From: a virus
Lineage: Duplodnaviria; Caudoviricetes
DNA: 38,063 nucleotides
Strand: one strand, 5' to 3'
IMG/VR virus record: IMGVR_UViG_3300030372_004293
Coordinates: 1-38,063 of that record
Shown here: positions 35,800 through 38,063 of the stretch, in pieces
Numbering within the stretch: position 1 is the stretch's first letter
Layout: every line of letters starts with the position of its first letter
Made by a program: the position numbers and the translations under genes
Notes under the pieces: generated by a model
The model's database searches: none
What the model was told of the DNA's origin: nothing
The model's input: the letters and a program-made list of their open reading frames with translations, nothing else

Positions 35800-36464
35800 A
35801 GGTTGGTGACGTAAACGCTCTGTACCAAAGGTTGATTGGCGAGACTGACCGAACCTTTGAAACGGAGGCCATCATCCAAGCTGACCTTGGCCAGGGCTAT
35901 CGCCGCTTGCGTGGCACAGTCAGGACATACGACCCTTACTACTACGCTCAGCAGGTAAACATCTCTGTTGGCGGCGCTGTGTACGATGCCAACGCCGGAG
36001 GGGGAGAGGCGGTAACCTTTTACGGGGATGCAGCCACGCACCCTCTTAATAGGCTGCTCAACATCTTTGTCCTTGGCTCCAGCGGGGTTCCCGTAAACAG
36101 CCTAAACGAGATTAAAAGCATCCACGAGCTGCAAGGTGCTCCGTCTGGCTACCTTGTTACAGGCGGCAAGTTTTACTTTGCCAACAACAGAAGCAAGACG
36201 TTTGCGGTTCAGTACGAGGGGGCATACGGAGCTTGGCCTAGCGCCTCTCTTACAGACACTACCTTCATTGATAACCTGCATGACTTCCATGACCTGATTG
36301 CCCTGTACGCAGCCGAGTATTACTACAGCCGAGTTCAGGGCAGTAACGCAAAGCTAGAGCAGCTTCGCTCTCGCAGGGAGCAGGACCTTGCAGGGTACAT
36401 GTATGAAGCTCACTCTGGAGAAGGCCCCCTGGTTGCAATCCACGACATCTGGGAAGGGATATAG
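35796..36464 (+). CDS. Head-tail adaptor protein
   Basis: 222 aa, helix-beta-helix layout with FHDLIALYAA motif; directly after the portal. Confidence 0.7.
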   Translation: MKVGDVNALYQRLIGETDRTFETEAIIQADLGQGYRRLRGTVRTYDPYYYAQQVNISVGGAVYDANAGGGEAVTFYGDAATHPLNRLLNIFVLGSSGVPVNSLNEIKSIHELQGAPSGYLVTGGKFYFANNRSKTFAVQYEGAYGAWPSASLTDTTFIDNLHDFHDLIALYAAEYYYSRVQGSNAKLEQLRSRREQDLAGYMYEAHSGEGPLVAIHDIWEGI

Positions 36465-36467
36465 CCA

Positions 36468-38063
36468 ATGGCGAGAGACGGCCATAGCGAGATAGACGTA
36501 ACTAGCCCAGGCATCACAAGCGGAGCACCGTCTAAAGGCGGGTGGGTTCAGAACGCTTTTTGGAGAAACAATGCCTGGGAGATACGCAAAGGTTTTGGCC
36601 AGATGGGGGAGTGGGATACATCACTCTCAGCAACTAGAGATACTGCAAGCATAGACGACGAAGACCTCGGGCTAGAAAAGCAGCTAGGCGCTTACACTAT
36701 CGACAAGACGTCGTTTGGCCATACTCAGATAGTTAGTGTCTGGAAGGCCAAGGTCATCACTTCGAAGATGGTGATGAGAGGCAGGCGTCAGCCTGTCTTT
36801 GTTGTTTTTATCTACGACGTTACGACCGGCAAGATGTGGGAAGAGGTTCTGTATAGGCACACCTCGCAGACCGCATCGGAGAGCAGTCTTGTCACGTCTT
36901 CTGACGGCACGACGACGCTGTTTGTTGGAGCAGGCAAGCGCACGTATGACATGTCTAGCTGGCACGCCAACTACGAAACCAGCTTTGACGAAGACTACCA
37001 GTCCTGGTCTTCTGGCGCAGATACTGGCTGGTGGTTTGTATGGTTTAGAGACTCTCTGTACATGGGGGCCAAAGGTGTTCCTCCCATGGTTTACTCCCCG
37101 ATCGACCCATGGAAGAGGAAAGGGCAGCAGTGCAACCGGCTTCTGTCAAACGACCTAGCCCCTGTCTACGGGGAGTCTTCTTCTCTCGCTTGGGCTGGGC
37201 CTGTTGAAGGCATAACTCCTGAAAGCTTGCCTTACCTGTCTTCGTCTCAGCTTCCTTGGTTTTCATCTGCGGCAGCGATTGGAAACTTTGTGGCTGCTGC
37301 TAAGGATTACAACGTCTACTTCTCCGTGAATGGTCAGCCGTTTATCTTTGGAGGAGACTCGATAACAATGACCGAAAAGGTAAGGGCGCTGTTTCCGCAA
37401 GGGAACTCGCTTTTAATCTTTACGGATTCTAAGACGTACATGCTTCAGCCTGGCTCGCCGATGCTGTCTAGCGGAAGGCTTATAACCCTTAGCGACTCGA
37501 TTGGATGCGCGGGCAACCTGGCTGTTACTCAGATTGGCAGGAGCGGGCAGTCTGTTGCCTGGGCTGACAAGTCTGGCGTCCATATCACTACTGGCAGCTT
37601 GCAAGTGCAGACTATATCCGATGACGTGGACCCGTTCTTCTCTAGCTTTCTGGAGGACCCTCTAACAAGCTACTTCGTTGCGTCTGGGCTCACTGATGTG
37701 TCCAAGGAACAGCCAAGGTCTGTGTCTAGCTATGACCCAGATGGTTGCAATCTTACCTATAGTCCGTCGCTAGACCTCCTCCTTGCTACGTTTCCTAACG
37801 CTGGCGTTAGCCTGTGCTACTCAGAGAACAAGTGGTCTTTGTGGACGACTACATCCAGGGCCACAGGAATATTTGCTTACGCTGTCGAGAACATTAAGAG
37901 GCCATTTTACTGCGCTTCTTCGGATGACCTGTTCTTGGTGGGTGGCGTTGACTCAGAGCTTATTGATGACGGGTCAGGGTATTACGATGTTGCAAACGCA
38001 CGTCAATTAGTCGGCGCTACTAGGAGCGTTTTTTCCGCCTATTTCTTGCGATACGGCAGGGGG
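36468..38063 (+). CDS. N-terminal part of tail nozzle/hub protein (P22 gp10 / tubular-B-like), continuing at position 1
   Basis: Open frame translated by hand from ATG 36468 (MARDGHSEIDV...WEIRKGF...SLLIFTDSKTYML...LSDSIGCAG), beta-propeller-like. Missing from the ORF track because it has no stop before the window end. Confidence 0.8.
   Translation, partial: MARDGHSEIDVTSPGITSGAPSKGGWVQNAFWRNNAWEIRKGFGQMGEWDTSLSATRDTASIDDEDLGLEKQLGAYTIDKTSFGHTQIVSVWKAKVITSKMVMRGRRQPVFVVFIYDVTTGKMWEEVLYRHTSQTASESSLVTSSDGTTTLFVGAGKRTYDMSSWHANYETSFDEDYQSWSSGADTGWWFVWFRDSLYMGAKGVPPMVYSPIDPWKRKGQQCNRLLSNDLAPVYGESSSLAWAGPVEGITPESLPYLSSSQLPWFSSAAAIGNFVAAAKDYNVYFSVNGQPFIFGGDSITMTEKVRALFPQGNSLLIFTDSKTYMLQPGSPMLSSGRLITLSDSIGCAGNLAVTQIGRSGQSVAWADKSGVHITTGSLQVQTISDDVDPFFSSFLEDPLTSYFVASGLTDVSKEQPRSVSSYDPDGCNLTYSPSLDLLLATFPNAGVSLCYSENKWSLWTTTSRATGIFAYAVENIKRPFYCASSDDLFLVGGVDSELIDDGSGYYDVANARQLVGATRSVFSAYFLRYGRG
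37965..38063. repeat. Terminal direct repeat (assembly overlap), copy 2
   Basis: Matches 1-99 except the last base. Confidence 0.97.

Noticed and set aside
1-38063. Genome-wide TAG reassignment
   Set aside because: Long genes are intact in the standard code, and several TAG stops are followed by out-of-frame genes.

Overview
The window looks like a complete, circularly permuted tailed-phage genome. Its last 99 nt repeat the first 99 nt except the final base, giving a unit length of about 37,964 bp. The architecture is podovirus-like (P22-type portal, adaptor, nozzle and large ejection proteins; no tape measure or sheath genes). The + strand carries the late module, running from about 25.6 kb through the junction to about 15.7 kb: HTH protein, terminase, scaffold, capsid, three paralogous domains, portal, adaptor, nozzle, tail and ejection proteins, GH25 endolysin and membrane lysis genes. 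The - strand (24.8 to 15.8 kb) carries early/middle genes: small ORFs, DUF932, an HTH regulator, a DnaC-like ATPase, YqaJ exonuclease, ERF recombinase and an SLT-like protein; a lone RuvC lies on +. An ~800-bp non-coding control region holds divergent sigma70-type promoters, repeats and a G/C-skew switch. No polymerase, primase, helicase, integrase or tRNA was recognised. The best candidate for a new system is a ~66-nt antisense-strand hairpin RNA (21036-21102) with its own promoter. Its loop is complementary to the extended Shine-Dalgarno leader shared by many early genes. Other leads are a holin-lipoprotein fusion, two sets of triplicated structural domains, in-frame TAG junctions and an Arg-rich peptide followed by a hairpin. 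All calls are by eye, without database searches.
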